A stretch of 64,000 bases of DNA from Takakia lepidozioides. Its lineage: Eukaryota > Plantae > Bryophyta. A program made the position numbers and the translations under genes. The stretch's first letter is position 1. Every line of letters starts with the position of its first letter. The stretch is from assembly GCA_030704615.1 (NCBI GenBank), contig CM060734.1, forward strand, positions 58,218,001 through 58,282,000, given 5' to 3'. The notes beneath the pieces are model-generated. The model saw nothing but the letters and a program-made list of their open reading frames with translations, was not told the DNA's origin and made no database searches. Below are positions 25,447 through 38,383 of this stretch, piece by piece.

Positions 25447-27129
25447 GATGACCTGCAACCGCGGGGTGTGAACTGAAGCCACAGCTCAAGCCACCATAGC
25501 TCCCGACGCTCTCTGGATCTTCGAGCTCGTCAGCTCATCAGTCTTAAAACTTGTCTGCGGTGGCCAGCACAATCATGTTGGTCGACTGCACGAGTTTTGC
25601 GATCGATGGAGACGTAGTTTCTGTTCACAGTCCCGCCATCATTCCATCACGTGTTTCCCGTGTTGCATTCCAAACCAAAGCCTCTCGCATTTCCACCCAT
25701 TCTCGCTATAAAGTCATTCACTTCTCTTTTATCTTTTTTTGGTGGGGAGGGGCCCCGAAGGGAGGGAAGCTTCAACTTCACTTGTTGTTTTTCTTTCGAG
25801 GGGAAACGGACAAAAGCCCACTTGTGGGGGACATGATAATACCACACTGGAAGGTAGCAGGATTTGAACCCACAATCCGAAGATGTACATAACACACATG
25901 TCTCTACACACACACCCCCAAAGAAGAGATACTTACACTGAGCTTTTTGGAAGCAGTGGTGGGTTCACGGAAAATCTGTGCACCTGTCTCTGCAGCCCCT
26001 CCGAAGCAGTCTGCCTTGTTGCGGAAATCCTAAGGGAGCTGACAGGTACTACTGCCATCCCAGAGAACGCAACACTTTTGCAAGCAGCCCCCCACAGAGG
26101 AAGAAGCCGAAGACGGTGGTGTCCATGACGACACACACGACGACATGGAGAATCCAGCAGAGCTTGAACGAGGAACAAGCAGAGTAGGGCTGTGGGGCGC
26201 ACAGAATCCACATTCACCCATAAACCGCGCGGTTGATACCGACAGCCGCGCCGTGTGGGGTCTGTGAACAGTTTGCGAGCAACCATGGCCGTACATTTAT
26301 ACTTGCTTTCCAGATGGCGTCCGCATACTGGCATGGAAAAAGCTAAGGTGGCATCTGTGATTGGCTTATCGTTTTCAAAATTCAGCAGGGAGGTCTCTCG
26401 AAGCTCCTGAACTTGGAGTTTAGCCAGCCTTTCTTGGGGGACGTTGTTACCGTCCGCAGATCTCCTCAGAGGTTTTCGGAATTTCAAACTCCTACCAACT
26501 CACCTGGGTGTCGCAGGTTTCTCAAAAAATTCGCTGCAGTTGTGGTATGGACCTAGTCCGAACTTCATCTCTCTCTCTGATCTCCCAGCTCTACTTGTTT
26601 TAGTGGTCAAAGATCATCTACTTTTCTCCCATCTGCAGACGCAAGGGACAGGTTCCTACGTTCCTACACGTCTGTCTGCTATTCCTTCGAATGAGATCCG
26701 TGATGTCTAGGGAGCTCTGACATTGAATCTAAGGCTTTGAATTTGAATTTCTGTTCAAACAGTCGAGTTGTAGGAGTGCACAGGCATAAAATTTCAAGCA
26801 GTTTTCTCGGGTCATAGATCTAGATTTGAACAGGTCTAGTTAAATATCTGGACGTTATTCTAGATTCAGTGCAGAATTACAGATTGCAAGTGCTACTGTC
26901 ACATGTTCTGAAGGCAGTATCCGGTGAGTTCCTATTCAAGCTAGTGAGCGAGATTGTAATACCTAGATCTCGTCAACTCTTCTGAGTTTGGGGCCGGACG
27001 AAGCACGAAGGACAGTTGTAGGTGATGAGGAGAGCGGATAATGCCAACCACATGCTGATCAGGAGCCCAATTAATTCTTGCAGAGGCTATATCATGCTCC
27101 ATCGTGCTGGGCCACATACGGCCCCATTA

Positions 27130-30100
27130 GTCGACTCGAGATTTTGGCCAAGAGGATTCACATTGGTTGCAAATCTGACAGTATTCCTGTGTCTCCTAGA
27201 TGCCATGTAACCACGGCAGCGAGCGACACGACAGGTTGCGCACGGTCATGCGGGAATGTTAGTATCCGATACCCCTTCGGCACAAGTGCGGGATGTGGAC
27301 TCCCAGAGTATCAGTTGAGTTGCATAACTAATAGCAGCTGGGCTTGCGCACAATCCTGCTCTGTTCCTCGAATCCAACTCCGGAAAAAAGCTTCAAGTTA
27401 CGGAAATCCTCAACACCACCCTCTTGATCAACGCAACAAGCATATATACAACATCTTCTGATCCTCCTTCAATATCGAGCTATGCCCACGTGGGCGTTCC
27501 ATCGGACTCTCCATATGCTTTCACAGGGAACAATACATTCTTTGTTGCGGGTTGTGATCGACTGAAAATCTCACAGTAGCTGGAGGTGTTGGCGGGAGTT
27601 GCAGTACGGGCTGTGGGAGTGGCAGTTATACGACGGTCAATTACTGTGGCGGCTTCGCCTGTTGCACGATTCCGATTCCGCCCGGTGCTCTAAACCTGTC
27701 GTTGTTTGGAGGAGGAGGATTTGCCGGTTTTTCGAGTGTCATCTACCCTGCAAGTTATCAAAACCCCTACGACCGGTGAACTCACCTACTCCGATGAATT
27801 CGGTGTTCCGAGCATTGGTCAGTACGGTCTTGAGCTGGCTTGGGCGTTTAGATGGCCGAATGATTCATCATCTGACAATTTCTTGTCAGAGTTGTGACGT
27901 TGTGGAAAAGCGAGCAAACTATGCTTGCGACAAGAATGCATTCTGCAGAGAATCAGATGTAAACGATACTGACGTGTGGTTTCAAGGCTTCGATAACTTG
28001 GGTTACAATTGTTTCTGCAACGATGGCTACAGTGGGGATGGATACACCAACGGCACGAAATGCGTCGGTAAGTTATCAGACTCTCATCTGGAGTCCTGCG
28101 GCATTCACGAAACATGTATCGACTCACAGTATTCCTATCTGTCCTTAAAGTCGTTGATCTAACTTATGTAACGTTCGTATACGTACACAATTTGTCTGAG
28201 AGAGTGAGCGAGCAGGGAGAGCTCGTCAGGGGTTGTACACATTAGTATTGCAGATATATCGACGACCTGGGACTAGTCGTTACAATTGTAGATTCCAACG
28301 ACTGGACACTAGTTCATTATCTCTGCATGAGGTCCAGAAGGTAACAACCAAATAGGTGTTGGCTGCCCAGTCATAAAAGCAGGAGCTACGGTACTCTATA
28401 ATAAGTACTGTGGCACCAGTGAGCCATATACAACATTGATCAACAAGTGCTTTATGACTAATGTGAGTAAGTCAGGTGAGTGGACCGTGTGTAAGCTGCT
28501 TGAGAGCTCTCTGGACAAGTGACAGCTCCGGGGCAACACGATGGCAAGACGCCAAGGCAGAGTGATTTCTAAAACTGTACATTGTAATGTTCCTAGCTAG
28601 CACATGTGATCTCTTGTGGACATTCATGCAAGAGAACGTCACGGACTCACGCATCTGACATCGCGAGGCTTGGAACTTTGAACATTTGCTCTTGAAACTG
28701 CAGATATCAATGAGTGTTTGGATCCGACGTTGAACCGGTGTGCCCGGTTTTCTACTTGCACCAACACACTTGGTTCCTACAACTGCACCTGCAACAATGG
28801 GTTCAGCGGACTTGGATACCGCAATGTGTAAATCTATATGTAAGGCAACTTGGAATCACGTACATGTGGCATTGAGTACTTGGAGCTTTATGCAGACATC
28901 GATGAGTGTTCCAACTCGACATGGAACCAGTGTGCCCCGAATGCTAATTGCATCAACACGCTTGGTTCCTACTACTGCATTTGCAACAACAAGGGATTCT
29001 CTGGCGACGGACTCATAAACGGGACTGGTTGTCAACATTCGGCTGACCACACTCGACTAATTGTAGGTAATAAACTGACAGGCCTGCTTTCTCACCCGAG
29101 TTGGACATTCCGGAAGTTGCATCTAATTTATTGTGCATGTGTAACTAGCTCGATCACTCTACGTTACGCTGCATATGTAACTTAGGTTGATCAACCCGAA
29201 AAGTGATGAAGTATGCTTCGTTGAAGGGATTTAAGAAACTTGCATGTGGCCAGGATCAACCACAGGTTTTGCTGTGTTGTGTTGAGTACTCGTTGAGTAT
29301 CGAGTGCAAATTAACTGTGTGTTTTGTTTCTCGTCGTCCATGGCTAAGATCATCTCAAAAGAGCGTGTTCAAACATAGGAGGGCTCCAGGTATATTGAAC
29401 TCAAATTGATACCTACACATGGCAGGTGCTACCGTTGGTCCCTCTCTTGCGGTTGTAATTATCCTCAGTGCACTCGTGTGGCGAATAAGAGGAGAGAGCG
29501 AGAGGCGTCGAATTGAGTTAGGACACTATAAGGAAATCGGAACGAAGGATGTAGGAAGAAAGTTTTCAGTCGCAGAGAGCTCCACAAGGCCACGATTGGT
29601 TATACTGTCGAGATTGGCCAAGGTGGTTTTGGTAAAGTGTACTGTGGCACTCTGGACTGTGGGACGAATATGGCGGTGAAGAAACCAAATCCGCGGAGGA
29701 ATTTGGGAGCAGATGGCGTGAAGCAGCTTCTGAACGAGGTGGCGGTTTTGTTGCAGGTCAACCACCGCAATCTAGTCAAGCTGCTTGGATGTTGCCTGGA
29801 GAAGAGGGTCCCGCTGCACATGTCACAGGGTAGCCTCTTTGACCACCTGCATGGAAAGCGCTCGGACGAGGGAAGACTGAATTGGAGCCAACGCTTGCAA
29901 ATTGCAATTGATACTGCAGAGGCCTTGGCCTACCTCCATAATCATGCCTCTCCCAAGTCTATCATTCACAGGGATATCAAGTCTTCGAACATCCTCTTAG
30001 ATGATAGACTTACCTGGGAAAGTTTCGGATTTTGGAATCTCTCTCCTGGTCCAGAACGATGCGACCCATGTGTCAACACAACCTGCGGGGACAAATGGAT

Positions 30101-30645
30101 ACATGGACCCGGAGGTTCTCTATACCGGGCAAATGACCGACAAGAGTGATGTATACAGTTTTGGGGTGGTGTTGCTGGAGTTGATTACCTCTCAGAAACC
30201 ATTGGGCAAGAGAGAAGATTTGGGCATTAACTTGCCACAGGTGCACTGGGTTCCCCCAGTACAGCAGGGAAATCTGTACACAATTGTGGATTCCAAGCTC
30301 CTGGAAGACGGTTCCGTGAGCTTGGATGCCATAGAGTGTGTGGCACAGTTGGCAGTTTGGTGTTTGGCCCATCGCGGACGAGGACGTCCAACGATGAAGC
30401 AAGTGGTAGAGGCGCTCTGCAAAATCAGTAGTGGTCCCACTGACAACTTTCTAAATGGTCCACGACCATTTGACACAACTTCGATTACTATGGATACCAG
30501 ATGGAGCTTCAGGGGCTTCAGATGGTTTCCCATGCTTGACAGTAAGAGCCTCGATTCAACCCATGCCAGTTTTAATGTTACACATTCCACGGATGACACT
30601 TTTTCCCAAGGTACGATGACTAGCGAGTGTTCCTGGCCTCGGTGA
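27130..30645 (+). pseudogene. WAK: Wall-associated kinase (GUB_WAK, EGF repeats, TM, Ser/Thr kinase) pseudogene
   Basis: CARSCGNVSIRYPFG, EGF_CA exons DINEC/DIDEC, TM segment, IGQGGFGKVY, HRDIKSSNILL, KSDVYSFGVVLLEL. Frameshifts near 27390, 29580 and 30015, a stop near 27896, and the LVYEY motif is deleted. Confidence 0.88.
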
Positions 30646-30747
30646 CATTTTCGGGGAGCCTTCTAGAGCCCAGCGGCCCAGTGGTTCCACTGCGTATCTC
30701 CAATTCAGCCGCATGATCAAGTTATAACCACATGTATTCAATCAACT

Positions 30748-31063
30748 TATCCTCCCTGTGCACCAGAAGGAGTGAGCTACAAGGCTTTCTACTTCGACAG
30801 CTCTGCCCCAGCTTATCACTTTGTTGCAACTGCGGATGGACATATGGATTTTTTAGACATGATATTAAAGGGGCACAAGGAAACTGACTACATGCGTATG
30901 CAAGAATGGGCCATCAAGAGCTCCAATGCGACGGTTCACTGAGGGCATTCTGTGGCCTTTCTCCAAACGACCCTCCTTCACAACACCTCTTCCTTGCATA
31001 ATGTGCTAGCCCATCCTGATGGCGCTCCTGTGCTTCTCGAACCTCCTAATGTTATGTATCTGA
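30748..31063 (+). pseudogene. CLH: Chlorophyllase C-terminal fragment, frameshifted
   Basis: Across frames it reads YPPCAPEGVSYKAFY..SSAPAYHFVATADGHMDFLD...TCVCKNGPSRAPMRRFTEGI..AFLQ...HPDGAPVLLEP, the PPCAP / GH.D.LD / C.CKNG / PMRRF chlorophyllase signature. Confidence 0.8.
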
Positions 31064-32810
31064 GCATTACCCTAATTCCACTAGTGACTTGGATATCGGA
31101 ACTCCAGTGTATAAGACACGATAATGCTCCCCAGAAAGTCTTGGAACATGGACTGTATTATAAGCATGCTGAGTAGAAGCCATGCATAGTTTTAGTTTAT
31201 TGATGCTTGGCGAGGCTTGTGAAGTTTCCAGTGAGTTGTTTAGGTTCCATTCTCATGTGTTTGGATCATAGAGACTCCAAAAAAAAAGGGGAGAGGAATG
31301 TGTCATGTAGTATACCAACTTTGGGGCTTGGCTATTAGTAAATCCGGCCATAGTCAGGTATGTTGTTTGCAGTTTATTATTTTCAACTGTACTAGAGCAC
31401 AATCATGCCATCAGGGATGATGAGTGCCATTAAAGATGAGTTCAGTTTGCCTAAATTTTCACCTGGCTTTGAGAAAGAGAAACATGCAGAAGAGGGAGAT
31501 GTTTCTTAGGCTTGTGAAAGAGTGGAGACTCCATTGGGACGCTTCACTTGAGCCAGAGATTTGTTTCCGCTAGAATGTGGAAGGTTCTTTTGCAGATAAT
31601 GCTGCAATCTTAACTTCAGACCAGAATAAAAAGCAATTCACTCATCAAAGTGGAGAAGGGTTCCATAACAATGGATTGCATGACCATTGGAAAGCAGCTT
31701 TTCCACTGCATGAGGGAGCTTTCCACATTGATAGTTGGGCCCCTTCTGCTCAATTCTCTACCTTTTTCTTGATGGGTCGCAGCTCTGTCCCTACGATGAC
31801 ATTGGGAATGCCCGTACATGGACAATTCTTACTCATGTATTCTCAGGAATCTACCCTCAAATTCCATTCTAAACCCACTCAGGAACTCTGTTTCTAGAGA
31901 ATCCCTGAGTACTAGAATACAAAGGAACCCACACCTGAAATGGATTACGCTTGCAGCTCAGATGTTCTGAGGTCCGGATTCTTTCACGCCTCTGGAGCTA
32001 GAGAGACATTATAATCTGCATTGGAGTCAGGAGACACTTGCACTTCAGGATCGACCTTCCCTCAGCCGTGTCGGAGACCCCTTCACCCAGACTGAGCTGT
32101 CCGATGGAGACATCAACTGGCGCCGCCATAAGCAGAACAGAAATTCGGAAATTAGAGTATATCTGAACTTGGGCACAAAAGATAGACTTCTTGTTTTCAG
32201 TGTGATCCAGATTTTGCTTCTGGTATGAACTTGGACTCGAGTTTAAGTGTGTGATCCCAGCCTCTTGGACCTCTCCTTCTTACAGTTAGGCGCTCGAATT
32301 CTTGTTGGCAAGGTGATCTCTTTGGCTAGCTAACTCTCTAATTACGAGACCCATAGCTCTCGCCAGCCTCTTGCCTTAGGCAGTTTGGGGAGGTTTCCCG
32401 GTGTAGTAGCCGAGCTTGCTAAGGAGAATTGGCTCTTACTTACGCTGGCTCTTCTAACTCTTGGTAGTGCAAGCTACATTGAAGTAGCATACAACGAAGG
32501 TCTGGTCGAGTCGGAAGACTCTGGACATGTACTGTCCCGAGCTGACTTCGAAACTGTGATACAGTGTTATAAAAGGCCCTCACTGAAGTCCTTGCAGACC
32601 GCATCGTGTATGACCTAATTTTCTGCATTGAAGCTTAAGTCAAATCGTTACTCCATATCGTTCGTTCGTTCAAAGTGCGAAGAGGGCGATGTGTGCGGTG
32701 ATGGAAGGCTCGGTCGTGCCCGTGAATGCGTGGGGATGATCGGAGAGAAAGGAGAAGGGGAGGGAGTGAGAGGGATGCTGCTGCGGTGAGCGAGGCGTTG
32801 TAAGAAGCAA

Positions 32811-33541
32811 ATGGCCACGCGATGTCGCAGTCTACATTTCTGGGCCTGGGCGCAGCGATCATACGGGGTACTCTCTGGCCTCTCTCTCTCATGTTCGAAA
32901 TCCGTGGTTTCCAACATCGGAGTTGGTTTTTCTTCATCTTCTGGAGGAAAAGTTAACACAGGCGCAGCTCCACGAGTGTGGCACCAGCTGCTTCGATCGC
33001 AAAGCTTTGGAGGTGTGGGTGTGATCGGGGTGGGAAGTCACTATGGGGGTTCCCTGTTAGCTAAAGAGACTACCTCCTCAAACAACAAGTTAAGTACTGC
33101 ATACACTACTCGGAGTGTTGCAATCAACAGAGGTCTATTGGGCCACAGAGAAGGTTTAAGCTTGCTTGGGGTTGGATCATGGAGCTTGGGAATCCAGCAA
33201 GTGCGGCAAGTGATGGTGGAAGTGCCCAAGGATGATTTGGAGAGGGCCATACGCAAGATGAAAAGGAAGCTCAAAGAGGACGGAGGTATACGCGTGGTGC
33301 GAACACGGCAGTACTTCTTGAAGCCCTCGGATTTGAAGGTGCTGGCCGGCAAGGAACGCGACAAGCGCATTGCGAAGAGGGCCTTCCGTGAGAAACTGAA
33401 ATGGATCATGGGTCGCCGCTCTAGGTATTGCACTTCGCCCCGTCTGACTAGCTCACTTTCAGAGATCACTTGTTTATATTGAAGGTTGAATGTTTCTTGC
33501 ATCCAATTCACTATGGGTGTGATGGGTGCAGAGGTTTTTGA
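32811..33541 (+). CDS. Ribosomal protein bS21 family, probably mitochondrial
   Basis: VEVPKDDLERAIRKMKRKLKEDG...RQYFLKPS...KRIAKRAF after a long presequence-like N-terminus. Intron 33425-33531 gives the C-terminus ...RRSRGF* (stop 33539-33541). Confidence 0.85.
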
Positions 33542-35719
33542 GCATGGAGAACGCAAGCATGGCTGTCTTCAAGATGGTTCAAGATGGTATGTTGTTGTCA
33601 GTGCAATCATTTGTTCATTCTCGAGGGTTTGTAGTGAAGCCACTGCACATTTAGAGTACGATGTCAACATGAATGCCATATTTTAGATTTGATGTGACTG
33701 CCATTTGTGTTGGACATGTCAAAGACTTACAATGTGCGCTTCTGGGTTGGCTCTGTAGACTCCAGTTAGTACATCACAGGTTGATGTGGAAATCCTGCAT
33801 AAACACTGGCCTTCTGGAGTTTCTCATAAACCCATTTGCTTTGGGTGTTCTGGAACTGGAACAATCCAGGACACTCTAGGCATTGACATAGCTTCTTGCA
33901 AGAGAGGAGTGGGAAACCGGGGGAATCATCCTGCCACTGATGTTAGGGACCCATAGGGAACCAAATGCAAACAAACTAAGTGTAGAATTAAACTGGGCCA
34001 GCTTCTATGTGGGGTTGTTTTTGTACTGGCTAATCCATTCCCCAATCACTTCACCTAATCAATCACAGCAAGAGCTTTTTTGCCTCATTTGGAGCAAATC
34101 CAGATTTTAATTATTTGTGACTGTTTACATCTGGAGTCACGTCCAATGACAAGGAAGTAAGATAAATGACCTATACCACCGGAAAGATTCCTCTGTGGTT
34201 ATTAGGTATTGTAGCTGGTACCCCTCTAAAACTCCTGGGAGTGGCGGTTCACACATCAGGCCCCTTAATTAGAGTGAGGAGAGAGTAACCTCTTTCAAAG
34301 TAAGCCCCATGAGGCACTGATCACAAGGCCAGTGCCTAGAGAAGATTATTATCAAGATCATTATCTTTTTCATAGATACATTTTTAAATATAGTATATTG
34401 CCATGTACTGAATTTAAACTTTAAACCCTCTCTTATTGTCATATTAGTATTTGAAGCGGCTGTGTTCTTTGAATTCCACTTGAGAATTGATTTGTCTCCT
34501 CTTCTCCACTATCCACGTTGCCATGAATTCTGTAGGCACCAAGCAAGGCACCCCACATCACAGCACCTGCTTCACTTGGCATGTTGTTGATCGAATCCTG
34601 TTGCCTTGTCAAATCACCAACCCTGCAGCCAAAGTGCTCCACTCCAGCAGTGAGGCCATGATCTTGACTGGGGATTTCGAAGTAGTATTCACCTTCATCC
34701 ACTAGGGCGATGTAGCTACATGCAGGAGAACACATGTCAAGGTGTTATTGCCCGGCTGCAGCCTTCCTTCTGTACTCCTTGAAATCACTGCCAGGTCTCC
34801 GTATGACATCCATGCTGGGCATATATGCAACCATTGAATTCCATCCGTTCCGCCAAATTGTAACATCCACTGCAAGCATAAATTTACTGCTAGAGGGTGT
34901 TGTAGCGGCAAGTGTCTGCCCGGTGGTGAAAGACAACCAGTGCAGAAATTCTGCACTTGAGTTCAGATCCTTTCCATCGTTGATTCTCCCGCATATGGAA
35001 CATGTCCATGAAGGCAGTGTTGAGGATGACATCTGGTACAATTCCAGTGTTCATGGTGTCACAATAAAACTCTTTGCCCGTTTTTAGGGCTGCCAGGCTT
35101 GCATACAAATTGCAAACACAATTGAATGTAACCATCACCCCCTCATGCATCATTTGGTCACATGTCTCCTAAGGCTCCACCCTGCAATCCATGCCAAGCA
35201 TATCCTTTGATCATTGCACTCCATGGCACCACACATCATTTAGCCATATTGTTGAGCACTTGGGATGTGCATGTGTTTATGCTGTTAAGTTTGCATACAT
35301 GTCGGCAAGGCTTGGTTCACCAGTAATCCCCACAAGAACAAACCCCACCTTGGAAGTGGTGATTGCGGTTAGCATCCCGCACAGCATTTGTTTTGTGCAA
35401 CAATCTTTCAGATGAATTTGGTTGCAGTGTGGCAGTCACCACACACCTGTAGGTTTTTGATGATGCAGATGGGCATCCCAGGGGGGGTGCCCAAAAGCAA
35501 TGGCCAGATTCGCACTGTGTCGGACGAGAAATTCCCTTCTGCTGCTCCTCCAATTCATGCAACACGAAGTGCTTGTCAGGCATGTCTCCAGCCTCCTTCA
35601 TTGGCTCAGACAGTCTATGCAGCTGAGCATGGAATTCTTCAATTTCTGGGTGCAACTGGTCTTCAGTGCTACTTGGTATGTTACAACCCTGCTAGGCCAC
35701 TCTTTTCGGATTAATCTCA

Positions 35720-36200
35720 CGGATGAGCAAAGAATAGGGGGAGTGCTAACCAAACTAAAGAAGAAACTGGTCTACTAGGGCTTTAGGCATCTATCCATCA
35801 CAGGTAGAGCCCTGGTAGCGAGCCAAATCCTCCTTGCCAGTATTGGTACTTTGCCTCAGTCTGGAGCCCCTCGGCCCCTGAGATCAACGAGATCAGAAAC
35901 ACTATCCGCAACTTCAACCAAAGGCCAGCGGTCTCGTGGGCTCAAACCTGTCTCCCAAAAGAGAAGGGGGGCCCGGCATCATGGACCCCAACACGCAGAT
36001 TAGTGCTCTAATATTGGGGAAGTGGGTGGTCAGGTTCCTTGGCCCAGAGGGTGGTTGGCGGAAACACCTCACTTTCCCCCACATTTCCTGCAGCTCACCA
36101 CTTCAATCCAAAGGATGGGGTCCATCCCTAAGGTAGAGAATGCAAGGATATAAACACAAGTTCACAGGCTCCCCGCTTTGGAAGGCCATCTGGGCTGTTT
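35720..36200 (+). mobile_element. L1-clade LINE ORF2 fragment
   Basis: LSITGRALVASQIL, WYFASVW, PKREGGPGIMD and KWVVRFL are typical post-RT L1 motifs, broken by frameshifts. Confidence 0.7.
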
Positions 36201-36411
36201 GGAAATGTCTGAACTTGGTTGTCCGCCTCAATGCAGCTGTCCTGGCTCCTTTCTGGCGCCTCTGTCCCCCATTTTCCTCACTTTTGCTTTGTCATCGCTG
36301 AAGTTTCACTCAAATCTTGTTGATGTGGCAGTCATTGCTGTGTTGACATTTGATATGGATGTCTGTCATAGGGAGCTAGTCGTGAGAGACAATGCCGAAG
36401 AAACATCTAAT

Positions 36412-36853
36412 GTCCATTGTCCATGATACCAATCTCAAAATGAGGAGGTTGTGCTCCCCTTGGAGACTCTCAAAACATGTCTTCACATTTCTCCACTAAA
36501 AACTCATCAATTAGCATGGGCTTGATGACATTCAAGACGGAGGCACTAGCTATTTATGGGACAGATATCACAATGACCACTGTCATCAAGCCCATGCTAA
36601 TTGATGAGCTTTTAATGGAGAAATTCCCTTTCCACCCGTCCATTGTCCATGATACCAATCTCAAAATGAGGAGGTTGTGCTCCCCTTGGAGACTCTCAAA
36701 ACATGTCTTCACATTTCTCCACCAAAAACTCATCAATTAGCATGGGCTTGATGACATTGAAGACGGAGGCACTAGCTAATTATGGGACAGATATCACAAT
36801 GACCGCTGTCATCAAGCCCATGCTAATTGATGAGCTTTTAATGGAGAAATTCT
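36412..36853. repeat. 226-bp tandem duplication, each unit containing a ~138-nt hairpin
   Basis: GTCCATTGTCCATGATACC at 36412 and 36638. Arms 36503-36530 and 36581-36608 are a perfect 28-bp inverted repeat. Confidence 0.9.
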
Positions 36854-37229
36854 CTTGTCATATATGAGCAAAAGATTGGAAGAACAAGATATCCCTTCCA
36901 CAATCCAACTTGCCAGCAGCATCATAGATGTTTGTAAATTCCCACATCTTGGGGATCCCACTTGAGAAGGCATTTTGCCGCCTGTTCGGCTAACCCCAAA
37001 TTGCTACATAGTGAAATTGTGTTGTCCACCACCCTCCATTGATTTCCTTTGATCGATTCAGTAAGCCCACATGGCTTCAGGTGTTCCTGATCACTTCAAA
37101 TAGCTGGAGGGCCGACCTAGCACACCCATTGTCAGCATATAGTGAAATCATGGGCATTCCAGGAGACTACATCTCGTTGAACCCGTATTGTCAAACACTT
37201 GACGAGCATGTCAGAAAACCGCTGGCGTG

Positions 37230-37301
37230 TGGTCAGACTAGGGATTGAACCTAGGACCTCCCCCATTCCGGTGGGGTGCTCTACCACCGAGCTACCCGTC
37301 C
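37230..37301 (-). ncRNA. tRNA-derived segment (Pol III A/B boxes) inside an LTR; not a canonical tRNA
   Basis: GGACGGG TAGCTCGGTGGTAGAGC A CCCCACCGGAATGGGGG AGGTC CTAGGTTCAATCCCTAG TCTGACCA folds as a cloverleaf with an irregular anticodon arm. Confidence 0.7.
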
Positions 37302-38383
37302 TGTTCTGTTCTCAGAGTGCCGTGCAAGGGCTATAGCCTTGACACCTCCAACTCTCCCCCGCAAGACATAGCCCTTATTGCTAATGCCCACCCTTTCTGA
37401 CCACTGCCACAACCTTGGCTCTAATACCATGTCATTGAAGTCTGTTTGAGTCCATAAAGATTTCTTGAGCCGACACACCTTATCACCTTCTTGGAAGCCT
37501 TCTGTTGTTTCTGACTTGGCATCCAACTTGCTCCTTTGCCCATCAGGTATCAATGCATAAGCAGCACAACCAAAAACCTCTCAGATGCTTTAGGTTTGGC
37601 TTCTTCTCACTCCATGCCTCCTCTAGAGTAATGTCTTTCAAAGCTCGTGTGGGACTCGAAATTTTGAGATAGGTGGCCGTGTTCATGGCCTCTCCCCAAA
37701 ACTCGTGTCCAAGGCTTGAGGTCTGTAGCATGCATCTAGCCTTCTCACACTCCGTTCTGGGCTGGACTTTCCCTCGCTGTTACTTGGCTCTTTATGCCTC
37801 TCTTAGCAAGATAGCTCTTGAATCCCTGATCTAGGAATTCCCCCCTCCATCACTCCTAAGAACCTTGACTTTGAGGTCTAGCTGATTTTCAACTTCATGC
37901 ACAACTTTCTTAAATGCCTCCAACACTTGACCTTTCTCTCTCAGGGTGTACAAGAAGGTCTTTCTACTCATGTCATAAGTGACACAAGGGATCAAGGATC
38001 TTCAAAACTTGGCGTTGGGCTTGACGGTGGACTGGTCACCTGACCTACAGTTCTGTGAAGGATGTGCTAAAGGGAAACAACACAAGTCACCAATGCCCCA
38101 GGAATCTGCCACAAGAGCCAAGGAAAGGCTGGAGTAATACACACAGATGTGTGTGGCCCCATGAAGACAACATCGCTGGGAGGATCTAGGTATTTTGTCA
38201 CCTTCACATGACCTGAGTAGAAAGACCTTCTTGTACATCCTGAGAGAGAAAGGTCAAGTGCTGGAGGCATTTAAGAAATTTGTGCATGAAGTTGAAAATC
38301 AACTAGACCTCAAAGTCAAGGTTCTCAGGAGTGTTGGAGGTGTCAAGGCTATAGCCCTTGCACGACACTCTGAGAGCAAAACA

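Noticed and set aside
25933-26487. 184-aa minus-strand ORF as a gene
   Set aside because: No recognisable domain or splice context; cannot be supported.
31400-32500. Gene fragment or LTR/PBS (CATCAACTGGCGCCG near 32111)
   Set aside because: No second LTR, TSD or recognisable protein motif found.
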